Shown: in pieces, positions 13,011 through 25,308 of the stretch
Numbering within the stretch: position 1 is the stretch's first letter
Layout of the letters: the number at the start of each line of letters is the position of its first letter
Made by a program: the position numbers and the translations under genes
Notes under the pieces: model-generated
Told to the model about the DNA's origin: nothing
Database searches by the model: none
The model's input: only the letters and a program-made list of their open reading frames with translations
NCBI GenBank assembly: GCA_965644295.1
Contig: CBFFRP010000002.1
Coordinates: 1-64,000, forward strand
Length of the DNA: 64,000 nucleotides
Source of the DNA: Paraphysomonas bandaiensis
Taxonomy: Eukaryota; Protista; Chrysophyceae
Reading direction: 5' to 3'

Positions 13011-14424
13011 ATTGAGCTGTATCACAGTGGGCTGCTGTTCCCACAGCAAGAGCTTTGCACCATTCACCTCTATATTTTGATATGACACTGAAGTTTTACT
13101 TATATATAATAATATGTCTTCTGATGATAGCGGTGAGAAAAAGATATATATTTGCCGAATAATAGCAACAGATCAAAAGTGCTAATGAAATTGTACCGCA
13201 CGAGTTTGAGATTGGTGCTTTGGTGAAGAACCCTTATTAGCTACATCATACTGTAGGTTGTACAGTTCACTCACATACAGCGGCAGAGGGATAGGTTCAG
13301 AGGTCGATTACGACGGCGATATTTGTACAATCTTGCAGTGCCTGTTGCGATATGAAGGTGGTATATATACATGTAATAATACGTATTGTTATATTCCTCA
13401 TTTATTTCTATGCAAACAGGAGTTGACAGACACAGTGGTGCAGTATATTCTGCATCTATTCTTACTGGAAAACGTGATAGAACTATTCGATTAGGGGGTT
13501 AGGGCTAGGTTCTTGATAGCACTATAATATATATATGTAACCGTTTTTAATTAAACAGTTTTTGATCTGTAATTGATATAATTTTTATTATAAATGTCAT
13601 TGCAAACATGTTCCCTTCATATCTACTACACACAAATTACTGCAATACATACATATTCATAAACTCAACTTAAATCGATTTCTTCAAAACTTAAACAGGT
13701 TTGACGGTTACATCGACTTCTGACCATCCTAAAATCGATTTTCACTTTTATATGAGGAATGGCTACCAGAGGATGAAATAGAGTCCAGTAGCGGTAGTGG
13801 GATCAGAACCAGAATAAGGAACTGCAAGGGGGCACTATAAAGGTATGTGTGATGTTTGTAACTATATATCCGCCTGTGCATATTGTATCATATATATTTG
13901 ACCTTTTGGTGATATACTATATATGTAGGAATTGGAGAAAACTCAAATATAAGCAACAACATGAAGAAGTCTGACCAAGATAGTTTTTTAGCACTTTACA
14001 CTGGTGCAATATCATTTTTATCATTTTCATTTAATTTTCTTGAATTTTTTTATATCTGCAATTTGTTTGTATGATGTTGGCTTAGTTGTACTTTTATACA
14101 ACATCTACTATTTACGCGGCATATGTGTCGAAATATATAAATATTACTGTTGAATAGTCACTGTTATGTCTTTATTGTGTTTGGTTAAAATTTGCGCTGT
14201 TATTATTATATTATATTTGCGTCATATTATGACGTTCTAAAATTCGACCATTTCGTATAGATATTCTATTCATTATAATACATATTTCGTATAGATATAG
14301 ATATATAGAGGGGGTAAAAATCATGATATTATATTTTTTGGTAAAGTCTGTATAACTCTACAAGTACACGTACAAGTAAATTAGAATAAGAAACGCCCGT
14401 GTATTTCAACAAATGCTCCATCGA

Positions 14425-14885
14425 CATGCTGTCAAACCGAAGGGGCCACATCGACTCCCCCTGACTATATATTGAAGGTCTTTTTATTTAGCAGTAGGCG
14501 TTAAAAACTCGTTCCGATATAGTGGCTAGTTGAATGCTAGTTCTACTAGTTAGACCTCTACCCATAACTAATCAGCACAAATTCTATTATCCTACTATTT
14601 AGCGCTACAGAAGCTGCTTGTGCGTCGCCGCAAGCACCAAGGTGCAATCACTTCCGCTCCCCCTGACTAAACTTTCTGTACCTCATAGACTAACGTCCAC
14701 AGAGAGCTTCTCCCTCACACACAAGAACGGAAGTGGTCGCACCTTGGTGCTAGCGGCGACGCACAAGCAGCTTCTGTAGCATGACATAGTAGGATATAAG
14801 AATTTGTGCTAGTTAGTTACAAGTAGCGGTCGATCTAGCTTGACTAGTCTTCATGTAACTACTTATCTGGAGCTGGTTCTTGATA
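14425..14885 (+). mobile_element. Internally deleted LINE 3' end hosting a nested insertion
   Basis: Matches the reverse complement of 31370-31910 on both sides of the nested copy. 3' motif at 14727-14777. Confidence 0.75.
14468..14656 (-). mobile_element. 189-bp 5'-truncated LINE insertion with 13-bp TSD
   Basis: Exact TSD CTCCCCCTGACTA at 14455-14467 and 14657-14669. Near-identical to 21475-21661 and 61617-61808. Ends in TTCAATATA with no poly(A). Confidence 0.9.
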
Positions 14886-14887
14886 TT

Positions 14888-15036
14888 CTACGTCTACACA
14901 AGTGACACTTCTTATTGGTGTGTCAGAACAATATATGCTGGCTATATATGCGGCTCCGTCAGTTTCTCGGAGAAATATCTCCGGTATTTATCCCCCAGAA
15001 CACCACGAATCGGTGCGAGTCCAACTTTGTTCAGGG
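14888..15036 (-). mobile_element. 5' head of family B element (putative HDV-like ribozyme at 14950-15036)
   Basis: Homologous to 28419-28589 and 55517-55680. Both full heads start at CCCT(C/G)AAC. Confidence 0.7.
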
Positions 15037-15475
15037 CAGCTTTATGTTATTTAATTTCTCCATATCGACTCATGTCAATCATTCCTAACCACCGTTAACT
15101 CCCACTTAATGCTATATTCACCCACCGGTGATCTAAGCATTTTTCTAAGAACATATCTTATAATCCATCCGAAAATCTAAATTACTGGATATCTAACTCA
15201 GGGATATGTTTCCAGTAGGAAACGTAGAGTTGGTAAAACTATTAATGACAAGCATAAAAAATTGAGACAGAGGAAACTGCCCTAAGCGTAGCTCATTATA
15301 TGAAAAGCAAACATAATTTCGAGGAGTATACACTAGTGTTTGAGATTTTATTGCAAAAAATCATATTTATGCATAAATTGAATCCCGCTGTAACTAGTAT
15401 ACATAATACATGTACACACATTCTTTACTATTGGGTTTATTTTACTTATGGAGACAACACACAGCATTCATGTCC

Positions 15476-18400
15476 TTATGTATTGCTGTTGTCACCCTTC
15501 GATGACGAGCCTGTGGAAGATGACGATGACGTAGAGGAGGGAGACCGAGAAAACTCGGAAGATGGCTTGTCATGCGACGCAGAAGGCGGGGCAGCAGATT
15601 CCTTGTCTTTCTCGAGCATATCTGACATCTAAAGCAATTGTCATTATATGTTTATATGGCATTATAATTCAAACAAAAGAATATAGCAGAAGAAGGCGAT
15701 ATTTCGAGAAGTAGTATAACTCAGGATGTGAACTTTACCGCCGAGCGAAGCAAGTCATTTTCCTCTTGGTAGGCCATTAGCATCTCTAAAGATTTGGCGT
15801 GTGCAGTACGAAGTTTCTGAATCTCCTGGAGCCCAAAGTCAGCTAACAATACATTAAAAAGGGTCACATACCTGTTCATGCAGAGTCGCAGCAGCTGTGT
15901 TATCGCTAGATAGAGCCTTGAATCTAGATTCTGCCTCACTTAGTCTGCATAAACTTTGTCATTGACTACAAAAAAGTACAGCTACAAAGTACTTTTTCCT
16001 CAAATTCTTCATTTCCACATCTTTTTTATGCATTCCGGTCTGCATATCACCGATTTCCCTAGACTTTTCACTCTTAAACTGCGTGAGTGCCTGCACCGCT
16101 GCTTCTCGCTCTTGCATAACTGTTCGAAGCTGTTCCTCTGCTGCCTCTAACCTGCGGGCGAGGTCTTTCCGGCTTTTTTGGTTCGAGTCCGCATCCTGCA
16201 AGACCTTGTTCTGAATGCTATGCATCGTGGCCCTGTCAGATAGCAACAACTTATCCATATCACTCTTACCTCTTTGACTTTCTCAGTTCTTTCTCTAAGT
16301 GTCGCTGAACATCCTTAACAGCCTAGTACACAAGTTAATATTATACACATAAGACTTTTTGGAGAGCTGCGTTTTCTCACGTGATTTTCTTTCTCAATTT
16401 TGTCCATTTCCGACTGCATTCTTGTCATCGCAGCCTCCATAACCTAGAATATGAAGTCAAAGCTACATAGCAGAAATCCGATGTAAAACCTCACGATAAA
16501 CCTCGTAGTCTTTTAAATCTTGAAGTGCCTGCTTAAGTCGTGCTCTATCCCTCGCCTTCAAGGTCTCACCCTACAACACAACATCAGCATAATGTACCAA
16601 TAGTAGCTTCTATGCACCTCCTCGCGAGATATTTTCGAAACACGCTCGCACTCAGCCTTGTACTGAGCAACACTGAGCAACAATTCTGTCAGATGTTATC
16701 ATAGTACACAACCTACAATACCTCTGTTGTGCAATGGCTAGAGCACGGCGCAGGGATGCCACTTCGGATCTACTGGCTTCCAGAGACGCAATAAGAGCAC
16801 GTGCACCCTACATCACAAGAAGTGAGCATCGGAATAAGCTTGCATCAGTTTCAAATTACCTCTGCATCCAAAGCTCCCTCTGGAAGTCCTGATGTTTTCA
16901 TGTGCCTATGGTTTTGAGGATGGTATTGCTCTGACTGAGATTGTTGACCATGCCTATGATCTTGAGGATGGTATTGCTCTGGCTGAGATGGTTGACCATG
17001 CCTATGATCTTGAGGATGGTATTGCTCTGATTGAGATTGTTGACCATGCCTATGATCTTGAGGATGGTATTGCTCTAGCTGAGATGGTTGGCCATGCCTA
17101 TGATCTTGAGGATGATATTGCTCTGCCTGAGATGGTTGACCGTGCCTATGATCTTGAGGATGGTATTGCTCTGATTGAGATTGTTGACCATGCCTATGAT
17201 CTTGAGGATGGTATTGCTCGCATTCTTGCTGAAGAGGAAAAATACTGTCACCATCTCCTTTGAACTCCTCTGCTCCCCCTCTCACTCGACCATGTCTTTG
17301 ATCAGAGGAGTTGGGAGGGAGAGTAGAAGAACTAACAGTTTCTTTCTGTCGAGAAGGCTGCGGCGGTACGGGAGGAGACCGAGCTCCTGCGTCAATGACA
17401 CGATCTTCATCTGAAGGGGCCAAGTCGTGGACATTCATAGTATCAGAGTGGTGGGAGAAGGCGGAGTGAAGGTGCAGCATATCATCCGTGCATTCCTCAG
17501 CTCTATTCGAACTGTTCTTAATAGCAGAAGTCTTCTCTAAGGATGCCCCACGCCCTCCTTTTCTATCCTGCTGAAAGCGGTCGAGATCAGAAAAGGCACC
17601 AGGGGAAGCCACGTTCGCTGCTGCAGCCGCCGCAGCAAGTGCAGAGGTCTGGGAAGGCGTCAATACATTGGTCCGCATCGCGGCTGCGGCAGCTGCAATA
17701 GCACCAACAGCCATCTGCCTGTCGTCTGAAGTTTGATGAATACGTGTAACCAATTCAAGCCAGGCTGTGTTGTCCGGTAGTGCGCGTACAGCAGGTGAAA
17801 GGAAAAGGGTCAATGCACAATGCATTCGGCTACAAAGAGAATCTCGCAGGAGCAGCAGAATACGTGACCTGTGAAACGGAGGAGAGGGTCGCTTACTTTC
17901 TATCCATCTGAGAATATCAGCAGTGAGGCCCACCCATGGATAACGGTCAGCCGATGGCGTGGCGGCGCCGGAGAATGGGGACGGGTCAGTGTAAGAAGGA
18001 TTACGCACTGGTCCCAAGTCTGAGAGTAGTACGATGGTGAGCCGCCCCACACCAGGCGAATCGTCCGCTATAGTTGCCCTGCTCCCAATTTGATGGTAAC
18101 TCGATTTCTGCTGGTAATCATGAGGGGAGACCGTCAGTTGGAAAACACTGTGCGCATGCCCATCGTGAGTAGACTGCGGTAACATTCGATGTACATGGTT
18201 TATGACTGCATCAGCATCTTGCGGTGTCGTCAATTCAACCTCCCATAGGCCAGGCACTATCATCCCTCTGCCCTTTCCAAGTTCTCTGAGGACTAGATTG
18301 GGGTCTGGCCCCCGATGGGAGTGTAATGACGATGAGGTGCGAAGAAGATCAGTGATTGCTTCGGAATCTCCGCAATCAATCTTGTACCAGGAAAGCGTCA

Positions 18401-18840
18401 CTGTACCAGGGTTCTTTGCATCAACACTGGCTGTGCGGAGTAACGCTTGTGCAGCTAAATTAATAATTCCCACGCGCCCACTTACCGAGGTAAAATACTC
18501 TATTGAGTCAGATACCGGTAATCCACAAAACGCCAACATGGTGCTTTCACCAGCCGCAGTATGCTTAATAAGGGGCGAGTAATGTCGCTCGAATGCAGAG
18601 TGCAAATCTTTAAGTCCATTGAAAACGTGCTGAAATGGATAAGTATATACATTTTCAAACTTTGTGTCCGGGCAAGACACGCTTGTCTCAGTCACACTGA
18701 ACACGTCCTCAGATAGGGTCGTCGCGGTCTACACACAACAGATTACGACGAAAAGAATTCAGATAGTCTACTCGTACCGTGGGTAAAACGGCGCAGTAGG
18801 TCGACAAGTTCGGTTGTTTCTTCTTCTTTGAGGAGCTCAT
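15476..18840 (-). CDS. Degenerate kinesin-motor-like protein with His/Gln repeat and C-terminal coiled coil, multi-exon
   Basis: Kinesin-fold landmarks occur in order (YPFQHVF, GIINLAAQALL, ITDLL, VPGLWEV, HSVFQLTV, GRLTIV, PFHRSRILLLLRDSL), but there is no GxxxxGKT, SSRSH or DLAGSE. Downstream coiled-coil exons are spliced to TAA at 15476. Confidence 0.7.
16902..17219 (-). repeat. Coding 48-bp minisatellite (~6.6 copies) encoding EQYHPQDHRHGQ(Q/P)SQx
   Basis: Visible in both DNA and protein. Confidence 0.95.
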
Positions 18841-19502
18841 GATGTCTCTATGTGAGTATAGCCAGTCCTTGCACTGATAAGACGATAGGCGTTAAGAGTC
18901 TGTCGCTCAATGGGTTGATGGAACCATATCAGTTGAGCATGCGCTATTTTGATATCTGATGCGATCGTCGGAGAAGGAGTGGAGCTTAAACTCGTCAATG
19001 CATACGTTAATAATGCGCTGGAGATCTTCAATAAAATACAAACAAGTAGCCCCCTATACACACACTGCGTACTGTACTGCTCCGTATACGTGTGCTGGCT
19101 ATACCATACAGATGTATACATTACAGTGTACAGTTTTTCATGCATGACTTTCAGTTTAGTCAACGACTACTTCCTAATACAACTGTATACGTTAAACTCT
19201 CTACTACAGTACGGCCTCTACCGGATCATTGACCACTCTGAATGTGTATGTAGGAATTTCCTAGTCTGTACTTGGTGCAGCTATACAGCAGTACACAGCC
19301 GCAACTACGGGTCTAGCATATATGACCGCCCTGCTGTATAGCACCGTAGAGGTGTACCAATAGCATATACCGTATACCGTATACCGTACAGCGTATGACT
19401 ATGCATGTTGGTTTATATGGTCCGCTGTTCGATTACTATTATTGCCAGAGCACCTCATAGCGGGGGATTAGTTACGTGCGTTTCTAGGTGCTTACTTAAA
19501 CA

Positions 19503-20204
19503 ATGCTGGCGACATCTGTCCGCACGTTTACCCGTAGATGTCTGTTTAAAGAAATCCATAGCCTGGTGAAGGTGCCTGGTGTGCACAGCTTAAGTGCTTT
19601 CAGACCACAAAGACGAACCTATCTTTACGTTCAGATTCCTCCTAGTGGTTTGGGTGATAGCGGAACTTCTCCGGAATTAGAAGAGATCAATGATGATGAC
19701 GGGAGCGAGGAGTTCACTGATTTTGATCCTGCTGAGATGAAGAGTAAGTCTCTGTTGGATGACGAGATTGAAAATGAACTGCCCCGCGAGGATTTAAATA
19801 GATGCGACATGATTATTCCTGGCGGAAAAGAAATCAGAGATTATTTAGCCCATGTTGCGGACGAAGAAAATGATAGACATATTCTTCCAAGCGACTGGGA
19901 GAGAGAAATCGATTTTGCTGCTGACAACCACGCATGTGAAGAATTTTTTGGTATTCGCATGGTATATTTGATCTAGTATATGTTTCTTCTACTTTAATAG
20001 TATCTATAGGAACACGAGAAGCCAAAAGATAAGAGAAGGCGGCTCCAGAACAAAAGAGAGGGCGTCCGATCTTCAGCGATGGTGTACGCCCTGGTTGACT
20101 ACATAAACCTCAAAAAACAGTTCCAAGTGAAAGACTCAGAAGAAGTAAGATATGGTCAGATGGAGAGCTATGGCGAGGGCGAAGAAACATCAAAATCTGC
20201 CTAG
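19503..20204 (+). CDS. Small acidic protein with putative mitochondrial targeting peptide, unknown function
   Basis: Arg/Ser/Thr-rich N-terminus (MLATSVRTFTRRCLF). An intron at ~19962-20009 restores the frame to TAG 20204. Confidence 0.6.
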
Positions 20205-21474
20205 TTGGAGAGTATGTATGGTACTTCGGATTAGAAGTTGCTAGCACTTGTCACGAATAGTAATAATTTGCCTCGTTAACTATTATTATTTAGACAACGA
20301 TGTAATGTCGTTCATCGAATCATGACTTTTTTTTCAAATATTTCTAGTCTAGCTATACCAGACAATACGTTCTGGAAAAATCCATTTAATCCCAGTTTAT
20401 AGTTTATCTGGTTTTTTGCTTTCTAACCACTGGAAATATATATTGCTAAAATAGGAAGTTACTCTGAAGTTAACCTTGCTCTTCGCGTAAGCCTTAAACT
20501 TGCTTTGTTGCACAAAATATACTTCCAAGAATTATAATTCTCAACACTTTACGACTTATTTATGTGGCATCTGATGAACATCTGTGTTGTTGAGTTCTGC
20601 TATATGAGAGCAATTGAAAGCTGTAGTTATAATGTATTTAAATCACAGTAGTATACAGTTGTAGTCTTGTTAATCGTACTGTGAGAATGAATGACGATAA
20701 GTATATAGTAGTAAAACGGAATATAATGACGAAGCAAGATCGTACGAGAATTGAGTGGTAGTAGAGACAACATGAAATTGATGAATGATAAGAGATATTG
20801 ATTATAATTTACAATTTATAATTTTTAGCATTGAGTATAAGTTTACCTTCTGTTGTTAAGTTAAGACTACTCATATAATGTCAAACTTTGATATGTATTA
20901 TGTATTATATGATCCCAGTCATTCCTACATCTTAACTTAATTAACTTCCTTTCTAACTGTATTCACCCGATACACCTACGAATTGATTCACCTATTGCAC
21001 ACTACAAGCTCACTTCAATTTCACAATATATATCGCATCATGCTACAGACCTAAGCATATGTGTATTTATAATATTTATATGTATGATTATATTTATATA
21101 ACAATAAGCCACAAAGTGCCCTAGATACCACTACAGTAGCTTAAAACTAAGCCAACGAAGAATGATATTACACACAATTAATGATCCTAATCTTACACCA
21201 GCTTATGCCCACTATTTCGCATAATCAAACAGAGTCCTTATATTCTGTGTTCAACGTAAGGCCCTCAGAATACCAGCAAGTATTCATTACTTTTTCTAAA
21301 ATTCTGTGAAATGAAAAGTATCATATATTTAGTACTGCATTTACAACACAAGCTTTAGAGGAAATTAAAATGTGTCAGTAAGTGGTTAAAAATCTGAGGT
21401 CATTGTTACAAAAAGTGAAAACTGAAGACGGCAGAACACACTCGTACAGATTTCTCAATGATTAAAATAAAGTA

Positions 21475-22048
21475 TATTGAAAGTCTTGTTATTTAGCAAT
21501 AGGCGTTAAAAACTCGTGCCAATATAGCGGCTAGTTGAATGCTAGACATACTAGTTAGACCTCTACCCATAACTAATCAGCACAAATTCTATTATCTACT
21601 ATTTAGCGCTACAGAAGCTGCTTGTGCGTCGCCGCAGGCACCAAGGTGCGACCACTTCCGTTCTTAATGTTGTTTGTGAGTTTCGCCCTGCTCGTGTGTC
21701 TTAGGACTCACTGGCGCGTATTGTCCGGGGGTCTCCCCTTGGGATAAGGTTCCGCCAGGCTCTGAGGTACAGGGTTCTGCATTAAGATCCTGAGTGTACC
21801 GAGCACTAGATGTGTGTGCTGAGAGGTTGATGGTGTTGTGATGTGGCGTTGTCGCCGTGCACCGTCTGGACGTCAGGCATAGGTGGAGTTGCCTGAGACG
21901 GCGTCGCCGCTGTCTAGGGCCTGATAGTTTCATGCGGTCCGGTGCTATGGTCCTATATGTGTATGAGTGGTGGGGTTCATATGTGCGGTGGGCGGTGTTC
22001 CAGTCTCGGTTTGTCTATGGATTCCTAGTAATCTTAGCACCCTTGGGC
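21475..22048 (-). mobile_element. 574-bp 5'-truncated LINE insertion with 15-bp TSD
   Basis: Exact TSD GATTAAAATAAAGTA at 21460-21474 and 22049-22063. Encodes PKGRPPD. 3' motif at 21611-21661. Confidence 0.9.
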
Positions 22049-22528
22049 GATTAAAATAAAGTAAATATATGTATTGCTCAGGTACTTATTAGTTTATCCA
22101 ACATATAATTTACAATTTACACATGACAGATAACACATCCTTTGGAAGGCATATGAATATATATTATGTAGCGTAAAGTGCTACATGACTATTCAGGATA
22201 GAGAGAAAATTTGTGGATCAATAACTGAATAAAAATACGAAATTATCTATCAGCACTTGGCAATGAATGCAACTCAGAAAATAACATGCACGTATAGATC
22301 TTCCTATCCATTACTTTAAAAAACAAAACAATGCACGTTCCAGCAACTCTGGAATATTAATTATTTATTTATGCAGTAATTTCTAAAAAAAACACAAACC
22401 GATGCCATGCGACATCTGATTGAAACCATAAATACATAATAGCTACATACAATTATTTTTTCTATACCCATAACAGCAGTATACTCAAGACACACGAAAT
22501 TAGAAAAACATTTATTCGATATATTATT

Positions 22529-24839
22529 CTACAGATTTGAATTTGACATTTCCTTGCAATCCGTATTGTCATCGTTTTGGACCTCAACAGGTGGGGATGT
22601 CACCTCCACACTACTCGTATTCCTACGCGATATTATCGTCCGGGCCTTCTCCCGGTGCTTAACTATGCTTGTGGTTCGCCTTTTACACATCTGGCTATCG
22701 ATAGTCTCCCCGTCACCCGGATTGTCCTGCTCTTGCTCTGACCATACACTGCTGCGGTCCCGTAGATTATACCAAAATGCGCGACCGGACTGCTTATCAG
22801 TCAACTCGATCTAAAGAAGCATGGATATTATTAGATATACCGTAAACACGAAGTGAATAGTACCCAATGATCATCACACCCGTATTCTTTGCTAGTTAGA
22901 TACGTAGTGAAGCCTTGCAAAGCCTCATCCCAGGATACCATACCATCACTATCAAGATCCCATTCATTCTGTGCACATAAGTCATCAGCTCAAGTTGAAA
23001 AGCATGGGAGGACGCTACCCTCAGTCTCTCTACGTCGCCTTTTCCAAGGCGCAGTAGGCCACCAATTGCCAACCAGAACTCATCTGCATCAAGCTGGCCC
23101 TTGTGGTGAACATCGCATGCCTCGAAGGAGTCCTTCAAATATGACACAAGATCTGGCCCCCCTACCGAATCGGTGCTGGTCTGGTCACCACCATACTGTT
23201 CCCATAGCGCTGCAGATTCCGCTTCGTACTCCTCCCACATACGGGACACAGCGAGTCCCACATCAACCTGGTTATAGTCCATTGTTCGGAGCATGTTCTC
23301 TGTTACCTCTGCAAGAACCTCTCTATATACCACACTGCCGTCCTGGACCCAACCCGTCCACTCTGCCATATCTGACACGTCCTCCTCTCGATATCCGGCA
23401 CCTGAACCTACCAATAGACCCCAAAAGGCTTCAGCGGGTATAACCTCGCATTGATCCAAGTCTAGCAGTGCTAGTCTGTGTTCGAGACACTCACGGAGGT
23501 CCTCATAATGATGCTGATTAGGTGAGTCCGATACTCCATCAGGAGTGTCATCTGACTTTATGGAGCAGGTCTTTGTCGACTGTGCAGTCACATCAATTTC
23601 TGTAGCAGCACAGTGAGTTAGAAGTGCCTCATGCTGGGCAGACAAGAGGGTACGTAGAGTGGAGAGGGAGGTTTCTTCCCATAAGATTTGGTCTGGGGAC
23701 TGATATTCTTCAAGCAATGCCGCTACTTGATGCTCGTATCCCCCATCAGCAGCCGCTCCCTCTAACCATTCCACAGTCGCATTTTGGAAGTGGCCCTTAA
23801 GCTGATGGCGTAAGCTCTTACCTAAGTTAACGTCATGATTTTTTAAAAGTGAATTCGCCGCATCTTTCAGTAGGTATTTATCTGCCCTGGCGAGGGTGAA
23901 GCTAAGAATAACCTGATCCAGATCCCGCGGAGACGTCAGTAGTCGCTCTAGGCATAGAGCCAGTGCATCTGGCAGAGAACTCGTCCAAACCCGCAGGGCC
24001 CTTAGACAGCTACCGCCACCGAAAGTTATTTCAAGTGCCTTCGATAGGGTCATGTCGTATTCGGACTGGAGGGCAGCATCAACATTGGAGCACTGCCGAC
24101 GTGAAAGAGTGGCCAATATACAGAGTATAGTTTCTACGTCCCTCTTGCAGTCATCATTACCAAGGCCTAATTTATACAGCTGTTTCATTACTTTCACTGC
24201 CTGTTTTTCATCGGCATCTCTGTCAGCTTGCCGATCTACAGAAAGTATAAGTGCCATGAATTCCCAGAAAGGCAATGTTCCTATGGCTTTGTCTGCAATA
24301 GCCTGTTGGAGTGTGAGACCATCATAAGTGTGCCTTTCGGCAAAGTAGCTGGCAACTCCCCTCAATTCAGATGGTGTACACAAACAGAAAAGGTCGGCCA
24401 GAAACATCTCATTGGAACCGTACTTCGAAAACGCGGAGTCAATGACGTCAAATATGCATTCGGACACAGGGCGGGTCAACTTGTCCACAAAGTCACCATA
24501 ATTCCCGCCTAACATCTTCGTAATATCGCTGGTCAGCGATCTTCCTATTCCACCTTCATCCTTTGGAGCGTTATACACAGCAGCCATCCGTTGAAGCTGT
24601 GGACGTGATTTCTTGGCTACAATAGATATGATGGACTTGTGGTCTTTCATTATTTTGGATCTCTGAATAACACAATCAGAACAGTTAGTCCCCTATGAGT
24701 CACATGAGTGTATGTGTACCTGTGCAGCAAGTCTATTGGCATCATCATGAGCGATCTTGTTCTTTATTTCCTCTATGAACACACACAACTCTCTTATGTC
24801 ACCGGGACAGTCATCGCTCATACTCGCTGCGGCCCCCAT
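22529..24839 (-). CDS. N-myristoylated annexin-like / EF-hand / WW-domain protein
   Basis: MGAAAS start. Annexin-repeat-like segments (IISIVAKKSRPQLQRMAAVY..GRSLTSDITKMLGGNYG; GSNEMFL..). EF-hand-like loops (DVHHKGQLDADEF, DLDSDGMVSWDE). WW: W|IELTDKQSGRAFWYNLRDRSSVW. Confidence 0.75.
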
Positions 24840-25308
24840 CAGATATCTTACTGAGCTAGGTTGATACTTGGACCATAGCGTAACACCATCAACATGACGC
24901 GTAACTGATCCATGCAGAGCGAGGATATCTTCTACTCATACAGCACACTGCTGCGACAGTACTGTACACACACATACAGCAGTACATCCTACATACACTC
25001 CTGCGTGTACTGCTGGACGTGTACTGCTGTAGGTACCTACCTGCCTGTGTATGCACTGTACTGCTGTATCACACGTACACTGCTTTTTCACTATGAAAAT
25101 TAAGGGTTTTAAGAAAAAAGTGTAATAATGAGTCGTTTAATTCAAAATCCCATCTGTCAAACGTCGACTTCTTGCTTCGCTCCTTCTTGTGACTGTAAGT
25201 GTGTATATATACACAGCCCACCCCTTCATATTATTCATCAGTATCCGCTCAAGGGTGGTGAACAAAGGACTGAATCCTAGTAGCTGCATGGTGTAAGCTG
25301 TGTCTGAT

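Noticed and set aside
13491-13510. TTAGGG-like telomeric repeat
   Set aside because: Only two to three imperfect units, which is insufficient evidence.
14990-15037. Family B head as 5S rRNA- or tRNA-derived
   Set aside because: Only a few short word matches. No A/B/C boxes or cloverleaf could be identified.
16892-17263. 123-aa plus-strand repetitive ORF; possible CRISPR-like array
   Set aside because: It is the antisense shadow of the coding 48-bp minisatellite and has no unique spacers.
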